Assembly: GCA_031459915.1 (NCBI GenBank)
Contig: JAVKHO010000022.1
Coordinates: forward strand, 1-39,653
Source: Candidatus Tepidifontimicrobium thermophilum
GTDB lineage: Bacteria > Sysuimicrobiota > Sysuimicrobiia > Sysuimicrobiales > Sysuimicrobiaceae
Length of the DNA stretch: 39,653 nucleotides
Reading direction: 5' to 3'
Part shown: piece by piece, positions 17,204-27,279 of the stretch
Numbering within the stretch: the first letter of the stretch is position 1
Layout of the letters: the number at the start of each line of letters is the position of its first letter
The notes under the pieces: model-generated
Told to the model about the DNA's origin: nothing
Database searches by the model: none
Seen by the model: the letters and a program-made list of their open reading frames with translations, nothing else
Program-made: the position numbers and the translations under genes

Positions 17204-19537
17204 TCAGCGCGTCTGAGGGGCGCCCAGGACGCGGTCCAGCTCCTCCAGGGTCACCAGGACCTCCCGCGGGTTGCTCCCCTGTGGCGGCCCCACGATCCCG
17301 CGGGCTTCCAGCTGGTCCACCAGCCGCGCGGCCCGCACGTAGCCGATCTTCATCTTGCGCTGCAGCAGCGAGACCGACCCGTAGCCGGCCTGCACCACGA
17401 TGCGGGCCGCCTGTCCCAGCAGCTCGTCCTCGTCGCCCTCTCCTTCCCCCACGGGCTGCGCCTGCAGGAGCCCGGGGTCGTAGGTGGGACGGCCCTGGTC
17501 CTTCCAGAAGTCCACGACGCGGCCGATCTCCGCGTCGGACACGTACGCCCCCTGCACCCGGGTCGGGCGGCTGGCGCCGATGGGCAGGTACAGCATGTCC
17601 CCGCGGCCCAGCAGCTTCTCCGCCCCCGGCGCGTCCAGGATGGTCCGGGAGTCCACCATGCTGGAGGTGGCGAAGGCGATCCGGGAGGGGATGTTGGCCT
17701 TGATGAGGCCCGTGATGACGTCCACGGACGGCCGCTGGGTGGCCAGGACCAGGTGGATCCCCGTGGCCCGCGCCATCTGCGCCAGCCGGACGATGCTGTC
17801 CTCGAACTCCGCGGGTGCCACCATCATGAGGTCCGCCAGCTCGTCCACCACCACGACCACGTACGGCAAAGAGCCGTCCGGGTTGTCTCCGAGTTTGTCG
17901 CCCGCCACCGCCGCCACGGCCCGCCGGCGCTCCTCTGCAGGCAGGCCGTTGAACGCCTGCACGTTGCGGACCGTGGCGTAGGCGAACACCTCGTAGCGGC
18001 GCTCCATCCCCTGGATCACCTTCCGGAGCTTGGCCGCGGCGTCCTTGGGGTTCTTCACCACGGGGACCAGCAGGTGGGGGACGTCCTCGTAGTGGCTGAG
18101 CTCCACCCGCTTCGGGTCGATCATCAGGAACCGCACGGCCTCCGGGGTGGCCCGCATCAACACGCTGCACACCAGGGTGTTGAGGGCCACGCTCTTCCCG
18201 GACCCCGTGGCCCCGGCGATGAGCAGGTGCGGCATCTCCACCAGGTTCGCCACCACCGGGTAGCCCGCGATGTCCTTGCCCAGGGCCACCAGCAGCGGGT
18301 CGGGACGCTGGAAGGCGGGGCTTTCGAGGATCTCCCGTAACGTCACCAGGGCCGCCTTCTCGTTGGGCAGCTCGATCCCGACCGCGGACTTGCCGGGGAT
18401 CGGGGCCTCAATGCGGACGGAGGGGGCCGCCAGGGCCAGGGCGATGTCGTTCGCGAGGCTCGTGATGCGCTGGACCTTGACGCCCGGTGCCGGCTGCAGC
18501 TCGAACCGCGTGACCACAGGTCCTTGCTCCCACCCCACGCACCGCGCCTCCACTCCGAAGGACTTCAGCGTGGCCTCGAGGCTGCGGGCCACCTCCTGAG
18601 GGTCCAGACGGGTCCGGCCGCGGGCGGGCGGCGGCGGGTCCAAAAGCGAGATGGGGGGGAGCTTCCACGGGCCCGTGGCAGGTGCGGGCTCCGGGAGGTC
18701 CAGGGGCAGGGGTTCCTGGTGGAACTTGCGTTCCCGCCGTCTCGGCTTCTGCTCCCGGACTCCCTCCTCGCGGGGTTCAGGTGCAGAGGCCGGCTCGGGC
18801 GGCGGCTCCTCCACGGCGGTTTCCGCCACGAAGGGGGGCGGCGGTGGTTCTTCTACCGGCCCCAGTTTTGCGCTACGGCGTTCCCTCACACGTTCCGCCA
18901 CCGCCACCGCCCACGCCACCGCGCCCACCCACGCCTCCGAACACAGCCGGATGGCCCGTCGTCCTGCGCGCGACAGCAGGTACCGGAAGGCGAAAGCGCC
19001 CCGCACCAGGGTCCGGGCTCCGGCTTCCAGCAGCGTGACGGGGCTGGCGCGGGTCACCAGCAGCAGACCCACCAGCGCCGTGACCGCCGCGCCTGCCCAC
19101 GGGCCCCACGGTCCCGCGAGGCGCTGCCAGACCCAGGCCTGCGCGGCTCCCAGGAGCCCACCGCCCTCGCCCGCCAGTCCCTCCCCCCACCCCACACCCG
19201 TGCGGGCGTGTTCGCCGGCCAGCAGCGCGACTGCCAGCACGATCAGGCCCACCAGCCGCCGGGTCAGTCTCGGACGCTCCACCGCCAGGAGGACCAGGGA
19301 CGCGAGGGCCAGGAGGGCCGGCGCCAGCCACGCGTGGTTCCCGAACAAAAACCGCTCCCAGGCCCGCAGGTGCCGCGGGACCAGGCCCCCGGCGGCTGGA
19401 AGGAGGCTCAGTGCGGCCAGCACCGCGGCCACCAGACAGAGGGCACCCGCGAGCCGCACCACCCGGCGACCTCCGGCCCTGCGGCGGCGGGTCCGCAGCT
19501 TGGGAGCCGGCTTTCTCGCCAGGGCCCTGCGGCTCAC
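17204..19537 (-). CDS. ftsK: DNA translocase FtsK/SpoIIIE
   Basis: N-terminal TM domain, Pro-rich linker, PHLLIAGATGSGKS, MIDPKRVEL, VVVDELADLM, LATQRPS, gamma domain SLLQRKMKIGYVRAAR. GTG start at 19537 overlaps the uppP stop. Confidence 0.96.
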   Translation of the reverse strand: MSRRALARKPAPKLRTRRRRAGGRRVVRLAGALCLVAAVLAALSLLPAAGGLVPRHLRAWERFLFGNHAWLAPALLALASLVLLAVERPRLTRRLVGLIVLAVALLAGEHARTGVGWGEGLAGEGGGLLGAAQAWVWQRLAGPWGPWAGAAVTALVGLLLVTRASPVTLLEAGARTLVRGAFAFRYLLSRAGRRAIRLCSEAWVGAVAWAVAVAERVRERRSAKLGPVEEPPPPPFVAETAVEEPPPEPASAPEPREEGVREQKPRRRERKFHQEPLPLDLPEPAPATGPWKLPPISLLDPPPPARGRTRLDPQEVARSLEATLKSFGVEARCVGWEQGPVVTRFELQPAPGVKVQRITSLANDIALALAAPSVRIEAPIPGKSAVGIELPNEKAALVTLREILESPAFQRPDPLLVALGKDIAGYPVVANLVEMPHLLIAGATGSGKSVALNTLVCSVLMRATPEAVRFLMIDPKRVELSHYEDVPHLLVPVVKNPKDAAAKLRKVIQGMERRYEVFAYATVRNVQAFNGLPAEERRRAVAAVAGDKLGDNPDGSLPYVVVVVDELADLMMVAPAEFEDSIVRLAQMARATGIHLVLATQRPSVDVITGLIKANIPSRIAFATSSMVDSRTILDAPGAEKLLGRGDMLYLPIGASRPTRVQGAYVSDAEIGRVVDFWKDQGRPTYDPGLLQAQPVGEGEGDEDELLGQAARIVVQAGYGSVSLLQRKMKIGYVRAARLVDQLEARGIVGPPQGSNPREVLVTLEELDRVLGAPQTR

Positions 19538-20343
19538 CGAATCCCCCCGAGCAAGCTGACCACGAAGATCGTGCCCCCCACCGTCCAGCAGTAGTACGAG
19601 AAGGACCGCAGGCGGCCGCGGCGCACCACGTTCACCAGCCACACGATGGCCGCAGCGCCGGAGGCCAGGGCCGCGGAAAACGCCACCAGCATTCCCGAGG
19701 GCGTGTACCCGAACGACCCCGCGGCGCTCCACTCCTTGCCCACCGAGAAGGCCGCGGCTCCCAGGATGGCGGGGACCGAGGCGAGGAAGGAGTAACGCGC
19801 TGCCTCCTCCCGTGCCAGCCCGCGCCACAGCGCCGCGGCGATGGTGATCCCGGACCGCGAGATCCCGGGGACGATGGCCACCGCCTGTGCTAGGCCGATC
19901 CAGCCCGCGTCCTGCCAGGTCAACTCCTCCGCGCGCCGCCGGGACCGCTCGCCCGTGAACCACAGGACGAGCCCGGTCACGACGAGCTGGAGAGCGGTCC
20001 AGCGCACCGAAGCGAAACTGGCCTCCAGAGGCTCCCGGAACGCGAACCCCAGGGCGCCCGTGACCAGGCTGGTGCACGCCAGCAGCCAGACCAGCCGGCC
20101 CGGTCCCCCGAGGTCCAGCGGCCGGCGGAGCCAAACGGCCAGGACCCGCGCGAGGTCGCGGCCGTACACCAGCAGCACCGCCCCCACGGTGCCGAGGTGC
20201 ACCACCGCTTCCAGCAGCACCCCCGCACGGGGCACCCCCAGCACCGCTTCCGCGAACACCAGGTGGGCGGAACTGCTGACCGGCAGGAACTCCGTAAGGC
20301 CCTGGACGATCCCCAGGACGGCAAGGTGCCACGTCTGCGGCAT
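19534..20343 (-). CDS. uppP: Undecaprenyl-diphosphate phosphatase
   Basis: GIVQGLTEFLPVSSSAHL and PGISRSGITI signature motifs. Confidence 0.95.
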   Translation of the reverse strand: MPQTWHLAVLGIVQGLTEFLPVSSSAHLVFAEAVLGVPRAGVLLEAVVHLGTVGAVLLVYGRDLARVLAVWLRRPLDLGGPGRLVWLLACTSLVTGALGFAFREPLEASFASVRWTALQLVVTGLVLWFTGERSRRRAEELTWQDAGWIGLAQAVAIVPGISRSGITIAAALWRGLAREEAARYSFLASVPAILGAAAFSVGKEWSAAGSFGYTPSGMLVAFSAALASGAAAIVWLVNVVRRGRLRSFSYYCWTVGGTIFVVSLLGGIR

Positions 20344-20424
20344 CGGCTGCTCCGTCGTCCGCTGCGTCCGGTTCCGAAAAGGGGTTCGGCGGTAGGGGGC
20401 TGGGTTCCTGCGGCGGCCGGGGAG

Positions 20425-22089
20425 CTAGACCTCTACCAGGAGGGGCAGCACCATGGGCTGGCGGCCGGTGCGCTCGTACACGAACCGCGACACCTGGTCG
20501 CGGATCTCAGACCGCACCGCCCCGAACTCCGTCTGGCCCTGCTTGCGGCACCGCTCCACGGCCTGCCGCACCTGCTCCCGGACTGCTTCCATGAGCTCCT
20601 CCGCCCCCTTCTCGTACACGAAGCCGCGGGAGATCACGTCGGGCCCCTGCACCAGACGCCCCGTCTGGCGGTCCACGGCCACCAGGGCGACCAGGACACC
20701 GTCGCGGGCTAGGTGCTGCCGGTCCCGCAGCACCACCGCGCCGACGTCGCCCACGCCGAGCCCGTCCACGAGGACGTTGCCCACGTCCTCCTTGCCCGCC
20801 ACCTTGCCCTGCCCGTCCCGGAACTCGAAGACCGTCCCGTTCTCCCCTACCAGCACCCGGTCCGGGGGAACCCCCACACTGTGGGCCAGACGCGCGTTCA
20901 GGACCAGGTGCCGGTACTCGCCGTGCACGGGGATCACGTACCGGGGGCGCAGCAGGTGGATCATCAGCCGCAGCTCCTCCTGGGACGCGTGCCCCGACAC
21001 GTGCGCGCCGGAGGCCGGGCCGTACACCACCTCGGCTCCCTGCCGGAAAAGGTGGTTGATGGTGCGGGCCACCATGGCCTCGTTGCCGGGGATGGGGGTG
21101 GCGCTGAAGACCACGGTGTCGCCTTTCTTCAGGCGCACCTGTCTGTGCGACCCGGTGGAGATCCGGGTCAGGGCGCTCAGGGGCTCGCCCTGGGAGCCGG
21201 TGACCAGCAGCAGCACCTTGCGGTCCGGGAGGCGGTTGGCCTCCTCTACGGAGACGTACGCGTCCTTTCCGAACTTCAGGTAGCCGAGTTCGGAGGCGGC
21301 CCGGATCACCTCCACCATGCTGCGGCCCACCGCGGCCACCTTACGGTGCGAGCGGGCCGCGGCGTCGAAGGCCTGCTGCAACCGGTGGACGTTGCTGGCG
21401 AAGGTCGTGACCAGCACGCGGCCGGGCGCTTCCGCGAACAGCTGCTGGAACCGCTCGCCCACCACCCGCTCCGAGGGCGTCATCCCGGGCCGCTCCACGT
21501 TGGTGCTGTCCAGCAGGAGCGCCAGTACCCCCTCCTCCCCCAGTTCCGCCAAGCGGGCCACGTCCGTCGGCCTGCCGTCGATGGGGGTCTGGTCGAACTT
21601 GAAGTCCCCGCTGACCACCACCGTCCCCGCGGGCGTGCGGACCACCACGCTGCAGCTGTCGGGCACGCTGTGCGCCACCCGGACCCACTCCGCCTCGAAG
21701 GGGCCGAGCCGCACCCGCTGCCGCGGCCGTACGGTGTGCAGCGCCCCGTCCCGGACCTTGTTGCGCACGAGGCCCAGGGTGAGGGGGGTACCGTACACGG
21801 GTGCCCGGAACTCCCTCAGCAGGAAGGACAGGCTGCCTACGTGGTCCTCGTGGGCGTGGGTGAGGAACACGCCCAGCAGGCGCCGGTTCGCTCGCCGGAG
21901 GAACCCGAAGTCGGGGATGACCAGGTCCACCCCGTACAGCTCCTCCTCCGGGAACATCACCCCCGCGTCCACCAGGACCACGTCCTCCCCGTACTGCAGG
22001 GCGGTGCAGTTCTTCCCGATCTCCCCCAGTCCGCCCAGGGGGACGATGCGCAGCGGCGGGTCGGTGCGGGCCGGGCGCGTACGTCTCAT
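20425..22089 (-). CDS. rnj: Ribonuclease J
   Basis: PLGGLGEIGKN, THAHEDHVG, HSVPD, GDFKFD, TGSQGEP, HVSGH, PVHGEYRH. Confidence 0.96.
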   Translation of the reverse strand: MRRTRPARTDPPLRIVPLGGLGEIGKNCTALQYGEDVVLVDAGVMFPEEELYGVDLVIPDFGFLRRANRRLLGVFLTHAHEDHVGSLSFLLREFRAPVYGTPLTLGLVRNKVRDGALHTVRPRQRVRLGPFEAEWVRVAHSVPDSCSVVVRTPAGTVVVSGDFKFDQTPIDGRPTDVARLAELGEEGVLALLLDSTNVERPGMTPSERVVGERFQQLFAEAPGRVLVTTFASNVHRLQQAFDAAARSHRKVAAVGRSMVEVIRAASELGYLKFGKDAYVSVEEANRLPDRKVLLLVTGSQGEPLSALTRISTGSHRQVRLKKGDTVVFSATPIPGNEAMVARTINHLFRQGAEVVYGPASGAHVSGHASQEELRLMIHLLRPRYVIPVHGEYRHLVLNARLAHSVGVPPDRVLVGENGTVFEFRDGQGKVAGKEDVGNVLVDGLGVGDVGAVVLRDRQHLARDGVLVALVAVDRQTGRLVQGPDVISRGFVYEKGAEELMEAVREQVRQAVERCRKQGQTEFGAVRSEIRDQVSRFVYERTGRQPMVLPLLVEV

Positions 22090-22223
22090 GGCTAGCGGCT
22101 GCGACGGTCAGCGAACGACATCGCGCGGTCTCCGCTGCGGCCGGTCAGGCGTCCGGTCTTCCGGATACCGTCGGCTGCGGCGGGGCCAGGAGCCGGGCGG
22201 GTTCCGCGTTCCGTGAAAGCCCG

Positions 22224-23111
22224 CTAGCCCACCGGTACCCCCATGGCCTCCCGCATCGCCGCGGCGATCTGCTCCCGCTCCTTCTCCGTGGCCTCCACCA
22301 GGGGCAGCCGGGGCTTGCCCACGGGAAATCCCGCCAGCTCCAGAGCCGCCTTGAGGGGCACGGGGTTGGGTGCGACGAACAGCGCCCGGAACAGCGGGAA
22401 CAGCTTCAGGTGGATCCGCCGCGCGTCCTCCACACGGCCGGCCTGGAAGTGGAGGATCATCTCCCGGATCTCCCGGCCCACGAGGTGCGAGGCCACGCTC
22501 ACGATCCCGACCGCGCCCACGCTGAGGTACGGGAGGGTCAGGCTGTCGTCGCCGCTGTAGATGAGGAACTGCTCCGGGGTCCTGCGCCGGATCTCCGACA
22601 CCTGGTCCAGGCTGCCGGAGGCCTCCTTGATGCCCGCCACGTTCCGGACCTCGCTGAGCCGGGCCACGGTCTCCGGCAGCATGTTGGTGCCCGTGCGGCC
22701 CGGGATGTTGTACATGAGCACGGGCAGGTCCGTGCTCTCCGCCACCGCCTTGAAGTGCCGGTACAGGCCCTCCTGGGTGGGCCGGTTGTAGTACGGCACG
22801 ACCACCAGGAGGCCGTCCGCGCCCAGCCGCTGCGCCTGCTGGCTGAGGTGCACGGAGTGGGCGGTGTCGTAGGTACCGGTCCCTGCCAGCACTGCGGCGC
22901 GGCCCGCCACCGCGTCCTTCACCACGCGCAGCAGCTGCAGCTTCTCCTCGTCCGACAGCGTAGGCGACTCTCCTGTGGTCCCCGCCACCACGATCCCCGT
23001 GGAACCCCCGTCCACCAGCCTGCGGGCCAGCTCCGCGGCCCGGTCGTAGTCCACCGCGCCGTCCTGGCGGAACGGCGTGGCCATGGCGGTGATCAGCGGT
23101 CCCCAGTTCAT
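22224..23111 (-). CDS. dapA: 4-hydroxy-tetrahydrodipicolinate synthase
   Basis: GTTGESPTL, PYYNRPTQEG, YNIPGRT, IKEASG, SGDD, PNPVPLK; conserved dapA-rnj synteny. Confidence 0.95.
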   Translation of the reverse strand: MNWGPLITAMATPFRQDGAVDYDRAAELARRLVDGGSTGIVVAGTTGESPTLSDEEKLQLLRVVKDAVAGRAAVLAGTGTYDTAHSVHLSQQAQRLGADGLLVVVPYYNRPTQEGLYRHFKAVAESTDLPVLMYNIPGRTGTNMLPETVARLSEVRNVAGIKEASGSLDQVSEIRRRTPEQFLIYSGDDSLTLPYLSVGAVGIVSVASHLVGREIREMILHFQAGRVEDARRIHLKLFPLFRALFVAPNPVPLKAALELAGFPVGKPRLPLVEATEKEREQIAAAMREAMGVPVG

Positions 23112-23200
23112 GGACGTCCCCTCCCGGAAGCCTTCTGCCCGCAGGATTCGACGGCGCGGGTCGCCTCCCTCCTGCCGGACGTCGCGTGCGCAGCGCCCGC

Positions 23201-24001
23201 CTACCCCTCCGACCAGCCCCGCCAGGTGGGGACCCGCTTGTCCAGGAACGCGCAGATCCCCTCGTGGGCGTCGGGGTGCAGGGCGTTGAGGGACATGACC
23301 TCCCGGGCGTACGCGTAGGCCTGGTCCTGAGGGAGCTCCAGCTGTCGGTAGAAGGCCTGCTTGCCCATCCCGACCACAGGAGGGCTCGCTGAGGCAATAC
23401 GGAGGGCCAGGGTTCGGGTCTCCTCCTCCAGGCGGTCGGGGGGCACCACCCGGTTCACCAGCCCGTACCGCAGGGCCTCCTCCGCGGAGATAGGCTCCCC
23501 CGTGAGGAGCATTTCCAGGACCTTCTTACGGGGCAGGTTCCGGCTGACGGCCACCATGGGGGTGGAGCAGAACAGGCCGATGCGCACGCCCGGCGTGGCG
23601 AACCGCGCCTCGGTGCTGGCCACCGCCAGGTCGCACGTGGCCACCAGCTGGCATCCCGCGGCGGTGGCCATCCCGTGCACCTGGGCGATCACGGGTTGGG
23701 GGATCTGCTGGAGGGTGTTCATCATGGTGGTGCACACCTGGAACACGTGCCGGTAGAAGTTCACGTCCCGGCCCACCAGCTCCGCCAGGTCGTGCCCCGC
23801 GCAGAACGCGGGGCCCGCACCCCGGAGGACTGCCACCGCCAGGTCCCGGCGGTCCCCCACCCGCCGGAAGCAGTCCGTCAGCTCCTCCATGTGCTCCAGG
23901 GACAGCGCGTTGCGCTTTTCGGGCCGGTTCATGGTCACGTAGGCCACGGGACCCTCGACCTCGAACCGGATGTTCCGGTAGGCGACTTCCTGGACCTGCA
24001 T
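23201..24001 (-). CDS. Enoyl-CoA hydratase/crotonase family protein (ECHDC3-like)
   Basis: NRPEKRNAL, FCAGHDL, ATAAGCQLVATCD, FATPGVRIGLFCSTP; ATG at 24001 follows a GGAGGGAGGA RBS. Confidence 0.88.
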   Translation of the reverse strand: MQVQEVAYRNIRFEVEGPVAYVTMNRPEKRNALSLEHMEELTDCFRRVGDRRDLAVAVLRGAGPAFCAGHDLAELVGRDVNFYRHVFQVCTTMMNTLQQIPQPVIAQVHGMATAAGCQLVATCDLAVASTEARFATPGVRIGLFCSTPMVAVSRNLPRKKVLEMLLTGEPISAEEALRYGLVNRVVPPDRLEEETRTLALRIASASPPVVGMGKQAFYRQLELPQDQAYAYAREVMSLNALHPDAHEGICAFLDKRVPTWRGWSEG

Positions 24002-24015
24002 GCTCCTCCCTCCCC

Positions 24016-25692
24016 TCAGCCGATGCGCCTGTCGCGCCCGGCCCACTCCCGCTCCCGCAACACGAACTTCTGGATCTTGCCGGTGGACGTCTTGGGGAGT
24101 TCCGGCAGGAACTCCACCCGCTTGGGGCACTTGAAGTGGGCCAGGTGCTGCCGGCAGAAGGCCACCAGCTCCTCCTCCGTGGCCGCCTGACCCGGCCGCA
24201 GGACCACGTACGCCTTGGGGACCTCGCCCCACCGGTCGTCCGGGACGCCCACCACCGCCGCCTCCAGAACCGCGGGGTGGCGGTACAGGACCCGCTCCAC
24301 CTCGATGCTGGAGATGTTCTCGCCTCCGGAGATGATGATGTCCTTCTTGCGGTCCCGCAGCTCGATGTAGCCGTCGGGGTGCACCACCGCCAGGTCGCCG
24401 GAGTGGAACCACCCGCCCTCGAAGGCACGCGCGGTGGCCTCCGGGTCGCGGAAGTACCCCCGCATGACGTTGTTGCCCCGCATGACGACCTCGCCGAGGG
24501 TCTGGCCGTCCGCGGGCACGTCTTGCATGTGCTCGTCCACCACCCGCAACTCCGGCGCGTGGACGTAACCCACCCCCTGCCTCGCCTTCAGCCGCGCCCG
24601 CTCCGCGGGCTCCAGGCCGTCCCACTCGGACCTCCACGCGCACACGGTGTGGGGGCCGTACGTCTCCGTGAGCCCGTACACGTGGACCACCCGCGCGCCC
24701 ATCCCCTCCACCGCCTCCAGCACCGCGGGCGGTGGAGGGCTGGCGGCGGTCACCACGGTCACCGGGCGCGGGAACCGGTACTCCGGGGCGGGCTTGCCGG
24801 TGATGAGCAAGACCAGGACGGTCGGTGCGGCGCAGAAGTGCGTGACGCCTTCTTCCTCCACGAGCCGGTACACCGACGCGGCTTCCACCTTGGGCAGGCA
24901 CACGTGGGTGCCGCCCACCGCGGTGACCGCGTAGGGGAAGTTCCACCCGTTGCAGTGGAACATGGGCAGCGTCCACAGGTAGCGGCTTCCGGGCGTGAGC
25001 TGCACCTCGATCACCTCCCCCAGGGCGTTCAGGTAGCAGCCCCGGTGGGTGACCATGACCCCCTTGGGCCGGCCCGTGGTGCCGCTCGTGTAGTTGATGC
25101 TGAGCACCTGCTCCTCGTCCTCCAGGGGCGGCGGGAACGGTTCGGGACGGCCCTCTTCCAGGAACTCCTCGTAGCTCAGGCCCTGAACATCGCCGGGCGG
25201 CTCTGGGCTCGACGCACGGTGCCGGGGACCCAGGTCCACCCACAGGACCTGCGGCGGGGCCTCCGAAGCCTTGCAGCTGGCGGCTGCGAGGTCCGCGAGC
25301 TCCCGGTCCGCCACCAGGAAACGCGCGCCCGAGTGGTCGAGGATGTAGGCCACTTCTTGAGCGGACAGCCGGACGTTGACCGGCACCAGCACCCCGCCCG
25401 CCTGCGGCACCCCGAAGTGTGCTTCCAGCACCTCCTGCGCGTTCCGGCACAGGACCGCCACGCGGTCTCCGGGCTGCAGGCCACGCCCCAGCAGGGCACT
25501 GGCCAGACGGAAGACGCGGCCGGCGAACTCCGCGTAGGACGTGCGCTGCCCGCCGTCCACCACCGCCACCTTGTCGGGGTACACGTGCAGGCTGCGGTAC
25601 AGGAAGCTCAAAGGGGTCAGCAAGGACCGGTGGGGCGGAAGGCGCGTCCACGCCTCGTGGGACCACAGGTTACGGGAACCGAGCTGCAGCAC
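24016..25692 (-). CDS. Acyl-CoA synthetase / AMP-dependent ligase (short/medium-chain type)
   Basis: LTPLSFL, NYTSGTTGRPKGV, WTLPMFHCNGW, YGLTETYGP, WFHSGD, DRKKDIIISGGENISSIEVE, LPKTSTGKIQK. Confidence 0.92.
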   Translation of the reverse strand: MLQLGSRNLWSHEAWTRLPPHRSLLTPLSFLYRSLHVYPDKVAVVDGGQRTSYAEFAGRVFRLASALLGRGLQPGDRVAVLCRNAQEVLEAHFGVPQAGGVLVPVNVRLSAQEVAYILDHSGARFLVADRELADLAAASCKASEAPPQVLWVDLGPRHRASSPEPPGDVQGLSYEEFLEEGRPEPFPPPLEDEEQVLSINYTSGTTGRPKGVMVTHRGCYLNALGEVIEVQLTPGSRYLWTLPMFHCNGWNFPYAVTAVGGTHVCLPKVEAASVYRLVEEEGVTHFCAAPTVLVLLITGKPAPEYRFPRPVTVVTAASPPPPAVLEAVEGMGARVVHVYGLTETYGPHTVCAWRSEWDGLEPAERARLKARQGVGYVHAPELRVVDEHMQDVPADGQTLGEVVMRGNNVMRGYFRDPEATARAFEGGWFHSGDLAVVHPDGYIELRDRKKDIIISGGENISSIEVERVLYRHPAVLEAAVVGVPDDRWGEVPKAYVVLRPGQAATEEELVAFCRQHLAHFKCPKRVEFLPELPKTSTGKIQKFVLREREWAGRDRRIG

Positions 25693-25760
25693 CTCCCCAC
25701 CCCTTCGGCGCTACCGTACCCTCCGGCCGGGACCCCGTCAAGGACCGGCCCCTGAGCCGG

Positions 25761-27092
25761 CTACAGGCAGGCCGCGATGCTGTCCCGGAGGATGGCCACG
25801 ATGCGGTCTACCTGGTCTTCGGTCACCACCAGGGGCGGGGCCAGCAGGACGGTGTCGCCGATGGGGTGCTCGCCCGCCTGGCCCACGCGGATGCGGGTCA
25901 CCAGCCCTCTCTTTTTCGCCTCCGCCAGGACCCGGGCCCCCAGTCCCAGGGCCGGCGCCTTGGTGGTGCGGTCCTCCACCAGCTCCACCCCGCACATGAG
26001 GCCCAGGCCCCGAACGTCGCCTACCACCGGTAGGTCGCGCAGGGTCTGCAGCCCTGCCAGCAGCCGCTCGCCCATGCGTGCGGCCCGCTCCACCAGCCCC
26101 TCGCGCTCCAGGATGTCCAGGTTGCGCAGGGCCACCGCGCAGCAGGTCGGGTGCGCCGAGTAGGTGGCCGCGTGCATGAACCGCTCCGCGGCAGGAGCGT
26201 CGAGGATGGCGTCGTGGATCTGCCGGGACACCAGCACCCCGCCTAAGGGCAGGTACGCGCTGGTCACCCCCTTGGCGAAGGCCACCAGGTCCGGCCGCAC
26301 GCCCCAGTGATCCAGGGCGAACCACTTCCCCGTGCGCCCGAACCCCGTGATGATCTCGTCCGCGATGAGCAGCACGTCGTAACGGTCGCAGACCTCCCGC
26401 ACCCGAGGGAAGTAGTCCGGCGCCGGGGGGATGAGTCCCCCGGACCCGATCACCGGCTCCGCGATGAACGCCGCCACGGTGTCGGGCCCCTCCCGGAGGA
26501 TGGCCCGCTCCAGCGCCTCCACCGGGTCCTCCGTCTGGCGGTACGGGTACGACGGGGGCACGTGCACGAACTCCGGCACCAGGGGCGTGAACATGCGCTG
26601 GAAAGCGGGGATGCCCGTGGCGCTCAGCGCCGCCAGGGTGACCCCGTGGTACGCGTGGACCCGGCTGATGATCTTCACCTTGCCGGGCTTGCCCTGACGC
26701 CTCCAGAAGTAGCGGGCGATCTTGAAGGCGCTCTCATTGGACTCCGCACCGGAGGTGGTGAAGTACACCGCAGACATGTTGGGGTAGCTGAGCTGGACCA
26801 GGCGCCGGGCCAGCCGCGCCGCGGGCGGGTTGGTGAACCCCACGTACGCGGTGGCGTACGCGAGCTGCCGCATCTGCTCCGCCGCAGCTTCCGCCAGCTC
26901 CGCCCGGCCGTGCCCCACGTTGACGTTCCACAGGCACGCCAGGCCGTCCAGAAACTCCCGACCGTCCGCGTCCCGCAGCACCGCTCCGCGGCCCTCCACG
27001 AACACCAGGGGGTCCGTGTGGTCGGCTGTGAAGTGCTGCGGGTGGATCAGGTGTTCCCGGTCCAGCGCCACGACCTCGTCCCGTCCGTCCAT
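25761..27092 (-). CDS. Class III PLP aminotransferase (omega-amine/beta-amino acid type)
   Basis: LDGLACLWNVNVGHG, SGAESNE, AYHG, FIAEPV, DEIITGFGRTG, FAKGVTSAY, TYSAHP; ATG at 27092. Confidence 0.92.
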   Translation of the reverse strand: MDGRDEVVALDREHLIHPQHFTADHTDPLVFVEGRGAVLRDADGREFLDGLACLWNVNVGHGRAELAEAAAEQMRQLAYATAYVGFTNPPAARLARRLVQLSYPNMSAVYFTTSGAESNESAFKIARYFWRRQGKPGKVKIISRVHAYHGVTLAALSATGIPAFQRMFTPLVPEFVHVPPSYPYRQTEDPVEALERAILREGPDTVAAFIAEPVIGSGGLIPPAPDYFPRVREVCDRYDVLLIADEIITGFGRTGKWFALDHWGVRPDLVAFAKGVTSAYLPLGGVLVSRQIHDAILDAPAAERFMHAATYSAHPTCCAVALRNLDILEREGLVERAARMGERLLAGLQTLRDLPVVGDVRGLGLMCGVELVEDRTTKAPALGLGARVLAEAKKRGLVTRIRVGQAGEHPIGDTVLLAPPLVVTEDQVDRIVAILRDSIAACL

Positions 27093-27151
27093 CTCCTCGC
27101 CCCTTTGCCTTTCTCCCAGGCCGCGGGAGCCGTCCGCGCGCCCACGCGGAT

Positions 27152-27160
27152 ATTCTAGCA
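27152..27160 (-). promoter_or_regulatory. Extended -10 promoter element (TGcTAGAAT) upstream of the class III aminotransferase operon
   Basis: Consensus-like TGnTAGAAT about 60 bp upstream of the ATG in an otherwise GC-rich intergenic region. Confidence 0.45.
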
Positions 27161-27279
27161 GCGGGCCTGCAAGACGCGTGGGCCGCGCAGCAGCGCAAGG
27201 GGACGATCCCCGCCTCGTCGGGCCCCTTGCCCGCGTGCGGTACGCTGTTCGTGGACCCGTGGCGAGGGGCGGACGAGCC

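Noticed and set aside
17204..20332. 1042-aa FtsK with a long N-terminal extension
   Set aside because: The extension is an alternate frame of uppP; a GTG at 19537 coupled to the uppP stop gives a normal FtsK.
23201..25666. 821-aa apparent fusion ending in the crotonase
   Set aside because: The upstream part is an off-frame read of the acyl-CoA ligase; the real ATG with RBS is at 24001. The same artefact explains the 635-aa PmbA, 665-aa aminotransferase and 328-aa OsmC ORFs.
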